This document shows positions 45,538 to 55,974 of a DNA stretch of 64,000 nt, piece by piece. Source of the DNA: Deltaproteobacteria bacterium (GTDB taxonomy: Bacteria > Myxococcota > Kuafuiibacteriia > Kuafuiibacteriales > Kuafuiibacteriaceae); NCBI GenBank assembly GCA_040218735.1, contig JAVJQW010000015.1, positions 91,779 through 155,778 of the forward strand, read 5' to 3'. The notes beneath the pieces were generated by a model that was not told where the DNA came from, searched no databases, and saw only the letters and a list, made by a program, of their open reading frames with translations. Within the stretch, counting starts at the first letter, position 1. Every line of letters starts with the position of its first letter. A program made the translations under genes and the position numbers.

Positions 45538-46983
45538 TCAGCCCTCCTCGGCCTCCTCCTCTAGATTGCGCCCGGCGACGGTCCCGATCCCGTACTTCTC
45601 GAGCTTGTAGTACAGCGCGCTCGTCTTGATCTTGAGCCGCCGCGCGGTCTCCGTCTTCACCCCGTTCGCGGCGTCGTAGGCGGCGAGGATCATCTGCCGC
45701 TCGGCCGCTTCGAGGAGCTCGTTGAGGCCGATGTCCCCCGCGGGGAGGCGGAACTGCCCCTCGGGATCCGGCTTCGCGCCCGACACCTGCGGCGGCAGAT
45801 CGTCGACGACGATCTCGGGCGGCGTCGCGAACACGAGCGACTGCTCGATGACGTTCTCCAACTCTCGAACGTTGCCCGGGTAGTGATAGTTGATGAGGTG
45901 CCGCTCGGCGTCGTCCGACAGGCGCGTGACGTTCGGGTTCGTGCGCCGCCGGAGTTTGTTCACGAAGTAACGCGCGAGCGGGATGATGTCGTCCGTGCGT
46001 TCGCGCAGCGGCGGCAGGTGCAGCGGCACCACGTGGAGCCGGTAGTAGAGGTCCTCGCGGAAGCGCCCCTCTTCGACCTCCGTCTTGAGGTCGCGGTTCG
46101 TCGCAGAGATGACGCGTACGTCGATCTTGATCGGCCGCTCGCCGCCGACGCGATCGATCTCCTTCTCCTGCAGCGCGCGGAGCAACTTGACTTGCATCGA
46201 TTGGGGCAGCTCCGCGACCTCGTCGAGGAACAGCGTTCCGCCGTTCGCGAGCTCGAAGCGACCGAGCTTCCGTTTGATCGCGCCCGTGAACGAACCCTTC
46301 TCGTGGCCGAACAGCTCGCTCTCCAGGAGGTTCTCCGGGATCGCGCCGCAGTTCACCTTGATCATCGGCCCGTTCGCGCGCTCGCTGCGCTGGTGGATCG
46401 CCATCGCGACGAGCTCTTTGCCGGTCCCCGACTCGCCGCTGACGTGTACGTTCGTCCCCGACGGCCCGAGCTTTTCGATCTTCTCGAACAGCCGCAGCAT
46501 CGGCGCGCTCTCGCCGACGATGCCCTCGTACTGTCCCTCTTCCTCGACCTGCGCCTGACGATCGCGCGCGCCGCTGAAGACCTCGGTCTGCCCTTCGAGC
46601 CGAGCGTTCTCGTCCTGCAGCGCCTTCCACTCCAGCGCGCGGTTCACCTTGATGCGAAGGCTGTCCGTGGAGAACGGCTTTTCGACGTAGTCGAACGCCC
46701 CCATCTTGATCGCCTTCACCGCGGTCTCGATCGTCGCAAACGCGGTGATGATCATGACCGCGATCCCCGGGTCTTTCTTCTTCACCGCTTCGAGCACGCC
46801 GATTCCGTCGAGCCCGTCCATCTTGAGGTCGGTGAGCACGAGGTCGACGCCGCGCTGCTCGAGCAACTTCACGCCGAGGTCGCCGGACGACGCCTCCGCG
46901 ACGTCGTGCCCCATGCGCTCGCAGACCGCCACCACGCCCTCGCGGATCGTGTCGTTGTCGTCGATGACCAGGATGCTTGCCAT
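45538..46983 (-). CDS. Sigma-54-dependent response regulator (NtrC family)
   Basis: Receiver (ILVIDD, DLKMD), [24 protein letters not shown], Fis-type HTH. Confidence 0.95.
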   Translation of the reverse strand: MASILVIDDNDTIREGVVAVCERMGHDVAEASSGDLGVKLLEQRGVDLVLTDLKMDGLDGIGVLEAVKKKDPGIAVMIITAFATIETAVKAIKMGAFDYVEKPFSTDSLRIKVNRALEWKALQDENARLEGQTEVFSGARDRQAQVEEEGQYEGIVGESAPMLRLFEKIEKLGPSGTNVHVSGESGTGKELVAMAIHQRSERANGPMIKVNCGAIPENLLESELFGHEKGSFTGAIKRKLGRFELANGGTLFLDEVAELPQSMQVKLLRALQEKEIDRVGGERPIKIDVRVISATNRDLKTEVEEGRFREDLYYRLHVVPLHLPPLRERTDDIIPLARYFVNKLRRRTNPNVTRLSDDAERHLINYHYPGNVRELENVIEQSLVFATPPEIVVDDLPPQVSGAKPDPEGQFRLPAGDIGLNELLEAAERQMILAAYDAANGVKTETARRLKIKTSALYYKLEKYGIGTVAGRNLEEEAEEG

Positions 46984-47002
46984 GGCTTCTTCCCGTTCGC
47001 GT

Positions 47003-48418
47003 CTACCCGTTGGGTAGGCGGATGACAAACCGCGCGCCGCCGCCCTCCGCGTCGGTCACTTCGATCGTCCCTCCGTGCTCCTGGATGCTCTTTCGTACCA
47101 GCGCGAGCCCCAGGCCGGTCCCTTTCTGTTTCGTGGTGAAGAACGGCGTGAAGATCTCGTCCCGCTTCTCGGGCGGGACACCCGGGCCGTTGTCGTCGAT
47201 CGTGATCCGAAGGCCGTCCTCGCGCTCCGCGGAGATCCGAACGAGCCCCTCCTCGGCCGGCGCCGCCTGAATCGCGTTGCGCACCAGGTTGAGCGTCGCG
47301 CGTTTGATCGCCTCCGGATCGAGCGAGGCCTTCAGGTCTCCTTCGACCTCCAGCTTCAACTTGGTGCTGCGCTCCGACGCGTCCTTGTCCGCGATCGACA
47401 CGACCTCGAACAGCATGTCGTTCACGTCGACCTCGCGCGGCTCCGGCGGGCGCCGCCGCGCGAAGTCGAGAAAGTCGTTCACCACCTTCGACAGCGTGCC
47501 GAGCTCCCGCAGGATCTTCTTCACGTGTTTCTTGCGCGGGTCGCCTTCCTCGAGGTCCTCGTCGAGCAACCCGCCGAACAGCTCGATGCCGCCGAGCGGG
47601 TTCCGCACCTCGTGGGCGATCCCGGCGAGCATCATCTGCATCTCTTCTTCGCGCGCTTCGAGGGACGCCGTCATCGCCCGCATCGTGCGCCCGAGGACCA
47701 CCGTCTCGTGCGGGCCGCCGACGGGGACCTCCGTGCCGAGCTCACCCGCGCCGACCCGCTCCGCCGCCGCCGATAGCTCCGCCAACGGATCCGCGAGCCG
47801 CCGCGCCAACACGATCGCGAGCACCGCCACCAGCAGCACCGCGAACAGCGCGAGGCCTCCGATGCTCGTGCGCAGCTCGTCGATCGCCGCCGTGTACGTC
47901 GCCGCCGCGTTCACCACGATGTAGCCGACCACGGCGCGCTCCTCGTCGTAGAACGGCGCGTACCCCGTCTTGAACGGCGCCCCGTCCGGGCCTTCGAACA
48001 ACACCGACGCCGCGCTCGACTTGCTCCGCACCGCCGACAGCTCCACCTGATCGAAGCGCGCGCGCCCGTACTCGTCGCCGACGCGCAGGGTCCTCGCGGT
48101 GTCGAGGAGCGCCTCGTCGCCGGAGGCGCGAACGAGGAGGATCCGCGCGACGCCCGTCGCCTCGCGGATGGCCTCGAGTTTCTGCATCGCGCTGCGCCGC
48201 GTGCGCGCGTCGTCGTCGCCGCGCTCCAGCACCATGATCCGCGGCGCCACGACCGTCGACGTCGTCTCCGCGATCGAGGTCAGCTGCTCGCCGAGCGCAT
48301 CGTCGAGCGCGCGCCGCGTCTGCCGCTCGACGAAGAACGCGAGCACCGCCACCGCCAGCACGACGGACGACACCAACGCCGCCAACAGCTGAGAGCGAAT
48401 CCGAATGCCGCCGGGCAC
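47003..48418 (-). CDS. HAMP-domain sensor histidine kinase
   Basis: Two TM segments, [36 protein letters not shown]. Confidence 0.95.
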   Translation of the reverse strand: MPGGIRIRSQLLAALVSSVVLAVAVLAFFVERQTRRALDDALGEQLTSIAETTSTVVAPRIMVLERGDDDARTRRSAMQKLEAIREATGVARILLVRASGDEALLDTARTLRVGDEYGRARFDQVELSAVRSKSSAASVLFEGPDGAPFKTGYAPFYDEERAVVGYIVVNAAATYTAAIDELRTSIGGLALFAVLLVAVLAIVLARRLADPLAELSAAAERVGAGELGTEVPVGGPHETVVLGRTMRAMTASLEAREEEMQMMLAGIAHEVRNPLGGIELFGGLLDEDLEEGDPRKKHVKKILRELGTLSKVVNDFLDFARRRPPEPREVDVNDMLFEVVSIADKDASERSTKLKLEVEGDLKASLDPEAIKRATLNLVRNAIQAAPAEEGLVRISAEREDGLRITIDDNGPGVPPEKRDEIFTPFFTTKQKGTGLGLALVRKSIQEHGGTIEVTDAEGGGARFVIRLPNG

Positions 48419-48435
48419 GGCGTCGGAGACTACCG

Positions 48436-48987
48436 CTAAATCAGGCCGCTCGCTTCGGCGAACAGATCCGCGATCACCTTGGCACCGGCGAGGTTCGGCT
48501 CGATGACCTGCGTGAGGAGCTCCGATTCGCGCCCCTCGAACGCACCCTCGATGTCCGCGAGGCGCGCGCCGACCTCCGCGACGTTCTCGGCGATGACCGC
48601 GTTGGCCTCGCGGAGCTTCACGCGGAGGTGCTTACCGAGCGGCGCGTCCGGGGCGTAGACGTTGCCCACGACGAAGATCGCGTCGGGGTTGTCGTCGCGG
48701 ATTCGCTTCAGCACCGCGAGGTGCCTCCGCGCGAACGACGCGAGCCCGCGTTCCAGGATCTTCGACTGTTCGAGGAGGAGGTTGTTGCCGCCGATGGTGA
48801 GCGTGATGAGCTCCCCGGTGACGCCGCGCGGGACGCCTTCCATGACCTGACCGTCCTCCGTTCGGTCGTCGAGCGACCACGGGTCGCCGAGGCGCCCGAA
48901 GAGCTGCGCGACGGCGCCGCCGCCGTCCACGCCGGTGTAGTCGTCGATGCTCATGCTGTCGCCGAGCGCGAGGTACGTCGAACCCAT
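48436..48987 (-). CDS. SGNH/GDSL hydrolase
   Basis: YLALGDSMS, TIGGNN, IEPN..G (Glu at the usual His position). Confidence 0.8.
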   Translation of the reverse strand: MGSTYLALGDSMSIDDYTGVDGGGAVAQLFGRLGDPWSLDDRTEDGQVMEGVPRGVTGELITLTIGGNNLLLEQSKILERGLASFARRHLAVLKRIRDDNPDAIFVVGNVYAPDAPLGKHLRVKLREANAVIAENVAEVGARLADIEGAFEGRESELLTQVIEPNLAGAKVIADLFAEASGLI

Positions 48988-48994
48988 GCTCCGA

Positions 48995-49023
48995 GTTGAC
49001 AAAAGATATGATGTTAAGTCAAC
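48995..49023. promoter_or_regulatory. AT-rich inverted repeat GTTGAC-N17-GTCAAC between divergent genes
   Basis: gttgac aaaagatatgatgttaa gtcaac; TTGACA/TTGACT hexamers on opposite strands. Confidence 0.45.
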
Positions 49024-49078
49024 GCTGGGCATACGTTCCGGTTCGCGGTACGCGTCGCGCGTGCCTCGCAAGAGAAGG

Positions 49079-49432
49079 ATGGGGCGGCCGCCCTTCGAAG
49101 ATCCTGCGCTCGTCCGGTCCGAGAAGATGTCGATCACGCTGACGAGCGCGGAGAAGGCCGCCATTCAGTCCGCCGCCGCCGACCGCGATCTCACGGCGAG
49201 CACGTTCACGCGGCAGGCGGCGCTGACCGACCCCGGCGTCGTCGAGCACCTCGGCATCGAGTACGACTACGCGACGCTCCACCTGCTGGCGCACGACTGG
49301 ATCAGCCGCACCGACCACATGGCGACGTACTTCGAGCCCTACCTCACCACCGGTGAGCGTCGGCAGCTCGCGGACCTCCTCGACATCCTGCGCTCGCGCG
49401 TCGAGACGTTCGAGGATCGCTTCGGCGACTGA
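49079..49432 (+). CDS. Ribbon-helix-helix (MobC-like) DNA-binding protein
   Basis: MGRPP...RSEKMSITLTSAEKAAIQSAA...TASTFTRQAAL pattern. Confidence 0.6.
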   Translation: MGRPPFEDPALVRSEKMSITLTSAEKAAIQSAAADRDLTASTFTRQAALTDPGVVEHLGIEYDYATLHLLAHDWISRTDHMATYFEPYLTTGERRQLADLLDILRSRVETFEDRFGD

Positions 49433-49438
49433 ACAGCG

Positions 49439-50716
49439 TCAGAGGCGGCAGGGCTCTTCGAGGAACTCGAGCAACCCCTGCAGCGAAGTCAGGATCTCCG
49501 GCGAGCTGCCGTACTGCCGCTCCATCTGCTTCAGGTTGAACGCGATGCCGCAGATGATGTCGCTGTCGAGGATCTCGAAGGCGTCCTCCGGGCGTTCGCT
49601 GATCTCTTCGATCAGCTCCTCCGGGAACCCGAGGAACCGCTCCAGCGTCACGATGTCCCCGCGGAACGGGCCGCCGCCGCCGTTCATCTCGGCGTCCATG
49701 CGCTGCTGCTCGAGCAGCGCTTCGGCCTCGGCTTCGTCGACCGGATAGTACTCGACGATCGCCGTGCACATCTCGTCGTCGGCCTGCAAGCCGAAGTACC
49801 GCGGCGTCGCCGCCGAGTTGTACCACTCACACGTGAACTCGATCGGGTTGTCCTTCGCGAGCACGGTGCCGTCGTCGAAGCGTTTGTACTCGGGCTCCGC
49901 CCAGTTCTTGTCGTCGTAGACGAGCTCGTCGTCGATCGCGTACGTGAAGCGCCGCCCCATCTCGTGCAGGTGCGAAGTCATCCCGACGAGGTTCACGTCG
50001 ACGAGGAAAGAGCCCTTCGCCTCCACGCGCGACACCTTGTCCGGCTCCGCTTCGAAGTAGATGTAGTTCCACCACGCGCTGCGGACCGGGTGCTCGACCG
50101 TCTCGCGCGGGACGACGTGCAGGTTCACGACGACCTCCGCCGTGATCGGCTCGGTCGTCGTGTTGAGATAGTGGAAGTTGTAGAGGAGCTGCGTGCCGCG
50201 CGTCTGGCTCTCGTCGTCGCGGTTCTGCACGCGCTTCAGCACGCGCGCCACGCCCTCCGGATACTCGACGGCGTAGTTGTTGAGCGACGTGAAGAACAGC
50301 GGGTCGACGTCCCCGGTGAGCGGTCCACCGAAGAGGTCGACGGCGCACTCGAAGATGTGTCGGTCGTCGATGTCCTCGAGGTCGTTCTCCATCGCGAGGA
50401 TCTGGATGTGGTGCAGGCCGGGCGCGCCGCGCACTTCGATCTTCCCGATCGCGATCTCCTCGTCCGTCGGATCGAAGCCGTTGACGACGAGGTCCTTCAG
50501 GAGGAACGGCTGCCCGTTCGCGTCGTGGAACGCCTTGTCGTCGAGGTTGAAGTACGTGCAGAACTCGATGTCCTCACCGGGGGCGATCTCGACCGCCGGC
50601 ATCAGCAGCTGGTAGCCGGTCGGCGGCGGCTCGGGGATCTCGAACGGCTCCTCCGTCTCCCCACAGGCCGCGATGCTCAGCGCGGCGACGCTCCAGACGA
50701 GCTTCCTCCCGTACAT
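49439..50716 (-). CDS. Lipoprotein with type II copper monooxygenase (PHM/DBH-like) domains
   Basis: IAAC lipobox; GLHH, FHYLN, SHLHEMG and DEMC copper-ligand motifs. Confidence 0.75.
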   Translation of the reverse strand: MYGRKLVWSVAALSIAACGETEEPFEIPEPPPTGYQLLMPAVEIAPGEDIEFCTYFNLDDKAFHDANGQPFLLKDLVVNGFDPTDEEIAIGKIEVRGAPGLHHIQILAMENDLEDIDDRHIFECAVDLFGGPLTGDVDPLFFTSLNNYAVEYPEGVARVLKRVQNRDDESQTRGTQLLYNFHYLNTTTEPITAEVVVNLHVVPRETVEHPVRSAWWNYIYFEAEPDKVSRVEAKGSFLVDVNLVGMTSHLHEMGRRFTYAIDDELVYDDKNWAEPEYKRFDDGTVLAKDNPIEFTCEWYNSAATPRYFGLQADDEMCTAIVEYYPVDEAEAEALLEQQRMDAEMNGGGGPFRGDIVTLERFLGFPEELIEEISERPEDAFEILDSDIICGIAFNLKQMERQYGSSPEILTSLQGLLEFLEEPCRL

Positions 50717-50860
50717 GTCGATGACCTTGGCCCCTTCCCGCCCCGATGGCCATGGGCCGACCCGCGGGGCACTCCATGAGACCGCGCGGCGTGCCTGGAT
50801 CGGACGCCTTTCGGCGAGAATTCGACCGCGCGCCGCCACGCCGACGGTCGGCGTCGGGGA

Positions 50861-51583
50861 TTACGCGGTGTTCGCCACGATGCGCCGGCGGGCCTCCGCC
50901 GCCTCGCGCTCCAGGTGCACGCGGTCCTCGCGCGCCCGCCGGTCGACTTCGAGCAAGCGCTCCCGTCGGCCGGCGACGAGTCGCTCGTACTTGAGCTGCG
51001 CACCACGCACCGCGCCGAGCGCGGCGGCGTGGGCGGTGGCGAGATCCTCCTGCGCCTGCCGGTGCAGCCGCACCGCGAACGCGAGGCGGTCGAGGAGCTG
51101 CTGCCCGTCGCGCGGGCCGTCGTCGAGCGGCGGGCCCGGCGGGGAGAGTCCGAACGCGGCGAGCTCGAATTCGAGGCGGCCGTCGTCCTGGTGCTTGCCC
51201 CAGCCCACGACCAGCGCGCCGACGCCAGGGTGGACCCGATCCAACCCGTCGCGCGCGGCGTCCACGGCCTCCAGCGTGCGCTCCTCCCACTTCGACGCGC
51301 GCTCGACGCGCTCGTCCTGCACGCGCTGCGTTCGTCCGTGGTCGGCCCGTGCCTCTCGGATGCGGCGTTCGATCCGCGCCCGGTCGCGATCGCGGCGGGC
51401 GTCGAGTCTGGAGAGGTCGGCGTCGAGCGTGCGGTTCACGTCGCGAACGCGGGCCTGGTCGGCCGCGGACAACACGGGCCGGCGAACGGTGCTCGACCGC
51501 CGGGGGAGCACCGGCGGCCTCGCCCGCGTCGCGGTGCGCGGGGCGACCCGCATCGGGCGCGGACGTGACGCGGCGGACGGCAT
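50861..51583 (-). CDS. Hypothetical coiled-coil protein
   Basis: Charged helical segment in the 3' half of ORF 50861..52294; start uncertain. Confidence 0.4.
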   Translation of the reverse strand: MPSAASRPRPMRVAPRTATRARPPVLPRRSSTVRRPVLSAADQARVRDVNRTLDADLSRLDARRDRDRARIERRIREARADHGRTQRVQDERVERASKWEERTLEAVDAARDGLDRVHPGVGALVVGWGKHQDDGRLEFELAAFGLSPPGPPLDDGPRDGQQLLDRLAFAVRLHRQAQEDLATAHAAALGAVRGAQLKYERLVAGRRERLLEVDRRAREDRVHLEREAAEARRRIVANTA

Positions 51584-51742
51584 CACGCGCTTCTTTTGCA
51601 ACGCGGAGGCCACGCATCCTCGGCTCGGACCGGCGACCCGAGTGCCCAGGGCTTCTGTGCACGCGCTCCAACTTCGGTGCGTACCGCGACCGCGCGCACG
51701 TCGCTTGTGGAGCGCGGTGCGGATGGGCGACGCTCCCGCGCG

Positions 51743-52402
51743 ATGCGCCGCGCCCCGCTCGTGTTCGTGTTCCTCGTCGCCTGCTCCGGGGGCGGCGACG
51801 GCAGCGGTGATGACGACGGTCAGACCGGAACGCGCGACGCCGGGACGAGCACCGTCGAGGGCTGCGGTATCGAGGGGACGCCGGAGGGCACCGAGTGCGT
51901 CGGCTTCGACGAGTGCGGGATTCGCAACGCGCAGGTCGCGTTCAACTGCGACACCTGCCCGCAGGAAGCGGTGTCCGAGCTGTGCCTTTCCGGCCGGTGC
52001 ACGCCGTACGACTTGGACGCGACGATCCAGATCGGCTTCAACGTCTTCGAACACGGCGACGGCGCGAACAGCTTCGTCCTCGCGGTGATCGATCCGATGG
52101 GCGCCGACGGCACACGCGTGACGTGCGAGGCGCTCCTGTCGTCCTGCAATCTCGTCGACAACTTCAGCGTCAACGTCATGAACGTGCAGGTCACCGGCGC
52201 CGGCTCCGCGAACGGCTTCGAACAGAATCAACGGTACCTCGGCCTCATCGACACGCAGTCCGGCGAAAACCGCATCGCGTACCTGCGCCTGCACGCCCAG
52301 GGCCGCGGCAACGGCTCGGTCGTCGCGAAGGGCTGCTCCGAGTGGGCCTCCCTCGCGCCCGGCCAGACGGCGCAGGTGCTGATCAACCTGATTGCGCCTT
52401 AG
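51743..52402 (+). CDS. Cys-rich lipoprotein
   Basis: MRRAPLVFVFLVAC lipobox. Confidence 0.75.
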   Translation: MRRAPLVFVFLVACSGGGDGSGDDDGQTGTRDAGTSTVEGCGIEGTPEGTECVGFDECGIRNAQVAFNCDTCPQEAVSELCLSGRCTPYDLDATIQIGFNVFEHGDGANSFVLAVIDPMGADGTRVTCEALLSSCNLVDNFSVNVMNVQVTGAGSANGFEQNQRYLGLIDTQSGENRIAYLRLHAQGRGNGSVVAKGCSEWASLAPGQTAQVLINLIAP

Positions 52403-52404
52403 TG

Positions 52405-52716
52405 ATGTCGTACTTCGACGCGATCGAAGGTTACCGAGTCGGCGACACGATCGATCCCCGCATCATCGAGGACTGGTGCGTCGATCTTGGCGTCACACCG
52501 TCGGGCACGCTCCCCCAGACCGTCGATGAGCTCCGTGCGCAGATGAAGCGAGGCAACCGCGCGGCGACTCGCGCGGTGGGGGGCGCCTACCGAGCCATCG
52601 ACGAGGGCGACTTCGACACGGCGTATCAGCTCCTCTCGGCCGCCCTGGATTGCGAGACGGCGCCGTTCTTTCGAGCCATCTACGAACGCGAGCTCGCGGA
52701 GATTCCTTCGGGCTGA
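52405..52716 (+). CDS. DUSAM-like small protein
   Basis: C-terminal GDFDTAYQLLSAALDCETAPFFRAIYERELA resembles the myxobacterial DUSAM pattern. Confidence 0.55.
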   Translation: MSYFDAIEGYRVGDTIDPRIIEDWCVDLGVTPSGTLPQTVDELRAQMKRGNRAATRAVGGAYRAIDEGDFDTAYQLLSAALDCETAPFFRAIYERELAEIPSG

Positions 52717-52732
52717 GTCTGGGCGCTTGCGG

Positions 52733-53800
52733 CTAACGACTGATCCCGTAGCGGGACATCATCCGGTGCAGGATGTTGCGGTGGATGCCGGCGTCGCGGG
52801 CGGCGGCGCTGACGTTGCCGCCGTGTTTTTCGAGGAGCTCCGCGATGTAGCCGCGCTCGAAGTCTTCGAGGACCGCCTCCTTCGCGTCCTTGTAGGCGCG
52901 GCCGGCCCAGAGGGGGCGGGTGACGGCGCCGGTGGGGGGCTTGGGTTCCTTCGGGGCGGCCGACGACGGTGACGCGTCGGTGCCGCCGACGAGGCCCACG
53001 CCCGAGCCGGGCGCCGCGCCGCCGAAGCCGTCGATCTCGATCGTGCGGCCGAAGTCCTCGGGCATTCGGAAGTAGCGATCGGACATCGCCGCGCCGCGAT
53101 CGATCAGGTTCCTGAGCTCGCGCACATTGCCGGGCCAGGGGTGCGCGAGGAGCTTCTTCTTCGTGTCTTCGCGCAGCTCGATCGGGCCGAACGCCGCGAA
53201 GTCGCCGAGGAAGCGCTCCGCGAGGAAGAGGATGTCGTCGGGGCGCTCGCGCAGCGGCGGGAGCTTCAGCTTCACGACGTTGAGGCGGAAGTAGAGGTCC
53301 TCGCGGAACCGCCCCTCCTCGACCTCGCGCTGCAGGTCGCGGTTCGTCGCGCACACCACCCGCACGTCGATCTTCGCCGAAGTGTTCGAGCCGACGCGTT
53401 TGATCTCCTGCTTCTCCAGCACGCGGAGCAAGCGAGGTTGCAGGTCGAGCGGGAGCTCGCCGATCTCGTCGATGAAGATCGTGCCGCCGTCCGCTGCCTC
53501 GAACGCGCCGCGCCGGTCGCCGGTCGCACCGGTGAACGCACCCTTGGCGTGCCCGAACATCTCGGACTCGATGAGCTCGCGCGGGACCGCCGCGCAGTCC
53601 ACGACGACGTACGGCGCCGATCCGCGCTGCGACATCTCGTGGAGCACTTCACCCACGAGCTCTTTGCCCGTGCCGGTCTCTCCCTCGACGATCACCGACG
53701 TCTCCGTCCGAGCGACGTCGCGGATGTTCTGGAACAGCTGCCGCATCGACGGCGCGACCGCCCACAGTCGGCCGAGCTGCGCGGGTTGAGCCTCGGTCAC
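52733..53800 (-). CDS. Sigma-54 enhancer-binding protein (AAA+ plus Fis HTH) without a sensory domain
   Basis: GETGTGKE, GAFTGA, RFREDLYFRL, WPGNVREL, GNVSAAAR; AAA+ begins near residue 10. Confidence 0.92.
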   Translation of the reverse strand: MTEAQPAQLGRLWAVAPSMRQLFQNIRDVARTETSVIVEGETGTGKELVGEVLHEMSQRGSAPYVVVDCAAVPRELIESEMFGHAKGAFTGATGDRRGAFEAADGGTIFIDEIGELPLDLQPRLLRVLEKQEIKRVGSNTSAKIDVRVVCATNRDLQREVEEGRFREDLYFRLNVVKLKLPPLRERPDDILFLAERFLGDFAAFGPIELREDTKKKLLAHPWPGNVRELRNLIDRGAAMSDRYFRMPEDFGRTIEIDGFGGAAPGSGVGLVGGTDASPSSAAPKEPKPPTGAVTRPLWAGRAYKDAKEAVLEDFERGYIAELLEKHGGNVSAAARDAGIHRNILHRMMSRYGISR

Positions 53801-53878
53801 GCCCCCTAGTCTAGCGCGTCCGTCGCCGTTTTGCGCGCCTCGGGCTCGGTCTGCAAGCTCCCTTGCGTCGTCGAGCCT

Positions 53879-55678
53879 TCAGCGCGGGAGCTGGTCGCGC
53901 GATTGGGGCATACGCAGCGCACGTTCCAGCCAGGAGCGGTCGGGCGGGCCCTCGGTCCACAGCGAAGGGTGGCCCTCGAACAGCGCCCACGGGTGACGAA
54001 TCAGCTTCGCGCGGAAGCGGCCGGCGATGGTGCCGCCCGTGGTCGTCGTGGCCTCGAACGTGAGCTGTCCGCTCGCGATGAACGCCGGCTGGAGACATGG
54101 CAAGTCACCTTGCAAGCAGAGCAGGGCGTACGGCGGGCCCGAGCCGGGGCACCCGGTGTTGGGCGGGCCGAGGGGGATCGTCGCCCCGGCGCGGAGCTGG
54201 TCGCGGGGCACCGCGAGGAACAGCGCGAGGCGTCGGGTGGGGAGCTGCGCGGTGATGACGATCGACGCCGCGCCGTCCGAGGACGGCGGGATGGGGACGC
54301 CGGCGTCGAAGCGGGTCATGGGGCCCGCGTAGGCGCGGGGTTCTCGGACATCCAACGCGCCTTCGGTGAGCTGGACCTCGAGCGACGCCTCGCCGTCGCG
54401 GTCGGACGCGGTGGTCGCGGTCCAGGTCGTCGAGAAGCGGCCCTCGATCGAGCCCGCGGGGATCATGCAGGTGGACGCGGTGAGCTCGGCGGTCCACGCG
54501 GGGGGGCCGTCGGCGAGCTGTCGTTCGAGGACGGCACGTCGCTCCCGAACGAACGTCGTCATCGCCTCGGTGGAGCGGCGCTCGCCCGCGTATCTCGAGA
54601 GGCTGGATTCCATTCGACCGATTCGCTCCAGTAGATCGTCCTCGTTCCAGGACGTCCGAAGGAGGCGGCGCAGCGCTTCGACGTAGTTCGCGCGACCGCG
54701 ATCGTCGGCGTAGAGGCGACGCGTCAGGAGGCCGTGCGCGATGACCGACTCGGGTGCGTCGGGCCCCGAGAGCACCGGATCCTTCAGCCGCTCGAAGGTC
54801 GCGCGGTTGCCGCCCCACGGGATGAAGACGATTCGCCCCGAGTCGGGGTGCACGTAGAGGAAGTAGTTGTTGAGGTGCCCCGCGTACCCGTCCCAGCGCG
54901 CGATGAGGACCTCGGCCGCCCAGAACGTGAAGAAGGCGTCGAGGTCGACGATCTTCTCCAGCGTGCCGAGGGACGGGTCTCGCTCCAGGGCCTCCGTCAG
55001 TCGGTCGATCGCCGGCTGCCCGCGCGGTCCGCGCTTTCGTTCGAAGATCGGGCGATGGTCGGCGCGGAAGTCGTTGAGCTGGCCTTCGTAGAGCGCACCC
55101 GAGTCGTCGCCGAAGTGACGCCTCAGGAACCGCCGGTCGATCGACTCCACCACCGGGTAGATCCCGAGGTCCCGCCCGTTCACGACCACATGGGCGAATG
55201 CGCAACGCGGCGCGGGGAGCTTGGCGTCCGCGAGCACGTCGTAGGCGAGGCAGGTGCGGATCGGATCGTTCGTCGCGTTGAGGGTCAGGCGCTTCATTCC
55301 CCGCCAGCGCTGGCCGTCGACGTTCTTGTCGAGCTTGAGCTTCAGTCCTGGCCGGTCGGTCACGTAGGTCGAGCCGAAGCCCTTCTTCCGTATCGCGACC
55401 CTCGCGAGGGTCTCTCCGTCGATCGTCACCGTCGCGGTCTTCCAGGTGTACGGCGACGGAAAGTGTGTCGCGGCGCAGGCGTCGGACGCGAAGTCGGCGA
55501 ACAGGCACCGGTGCTGACTGCGCAGGTCGTCCCACGCCTCGGGAGCGAGCCGAATGTCCACTTCGACGACGTGGGTACGCTCGAACCTGAACGGGACCTG
55601 CGAGGGACCCGAGCGCGGCACGGTGGCGCAAGCGCAGCACGCCAGCACCAACGCGCCCGCGAACGCTCCTCGCCTCAT
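53879..55678 (-). CDS. CotH kinase family lipoprotein
   Basis: LACCAC lipobox; RKKG, LKLKLD, LTLN, APRC.FAHV.VNG..LG.Y..VE, WDGY...NNY motifs. Confidence 0.88.
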   Translation of the reverse strand: MRRGAFAGALVLACCACATVPRSGPSQVPFRFERTHVVEVDIRLAPEAWDDLRSQHRCLFADFASDACAATHFPSPYTWKTATVTIDGETLARVAIRKKGFGSTYVTDRPGLKLKLDKNVDGQRWRGMKRLTLNATNDPIRTCLAYDVLADAKLPAPRCAFAHVVVNGRDLGIYPVVESIDRRFLRRHFGDDSGALYEGQLNDFRADHRPIFERKRGPRGQPAIDRLTEALERDPSLGTLEKIVDLDAFFTFWAAEVLIARWDGYAGHLNNYFLYVHPDSGRIVFIPWGGNRATFERLKDPVLSGPDAPESVIAHGLLTRRLYADDRGRANYVEALRRLLRTSWNEDDLLERIGRMESSLSRYAGERRSTEAMTTFVRERRAVLERQLADGPPAWTAELTASTCMIPAGSIEGRFSTTWTATTASDRDGEASLEVQLTEGALDVREPRAYAGPMTRFDAGVPIPPSSDGAASIVITAQLPTRRLALFLAVPRDQLRAGATIPLGPPNTGCPGSGPPYALLCLQGDLPCLQPAFIASGQLTFEATTTTGGTIAGRFRAKLIRHPWALFEGHPSLWTEGPPDRSWLERALRMPQSRDQLPR

Positions 55679-55974
55679 CGCCGGGAGCCTACACCAACTG
55701 TAGCCGCGGGTGGGCGAACCCGCGCATACCGATTCGTACGACTGACCGTTCAGGTGAGGTTTCGTTGTCACGGGGGGCGTGTGCCGCCCGCGCGCATGTG
55801 GTTCGGATGCCGCGTTTGAGTATCTTCTACTGAAGCGATTCAAAGCACACACGAAAGCGAAGCGTTTTCCTTTCGGACGTGCGTCGGAGAGACGCGACCC
55901 CTCGATCCGCAATACAAGTTGCAAGGATGGGATCACCGTTTCGTTCTTTCGAACGGAACGTAGAGGAGAACGAA

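Noticed and set aside
55895-55925. Sigma-54 promoter for the S8 protease
   Set aside because: TTGCA is present, but the -24 position reads GC rather than the required GG.
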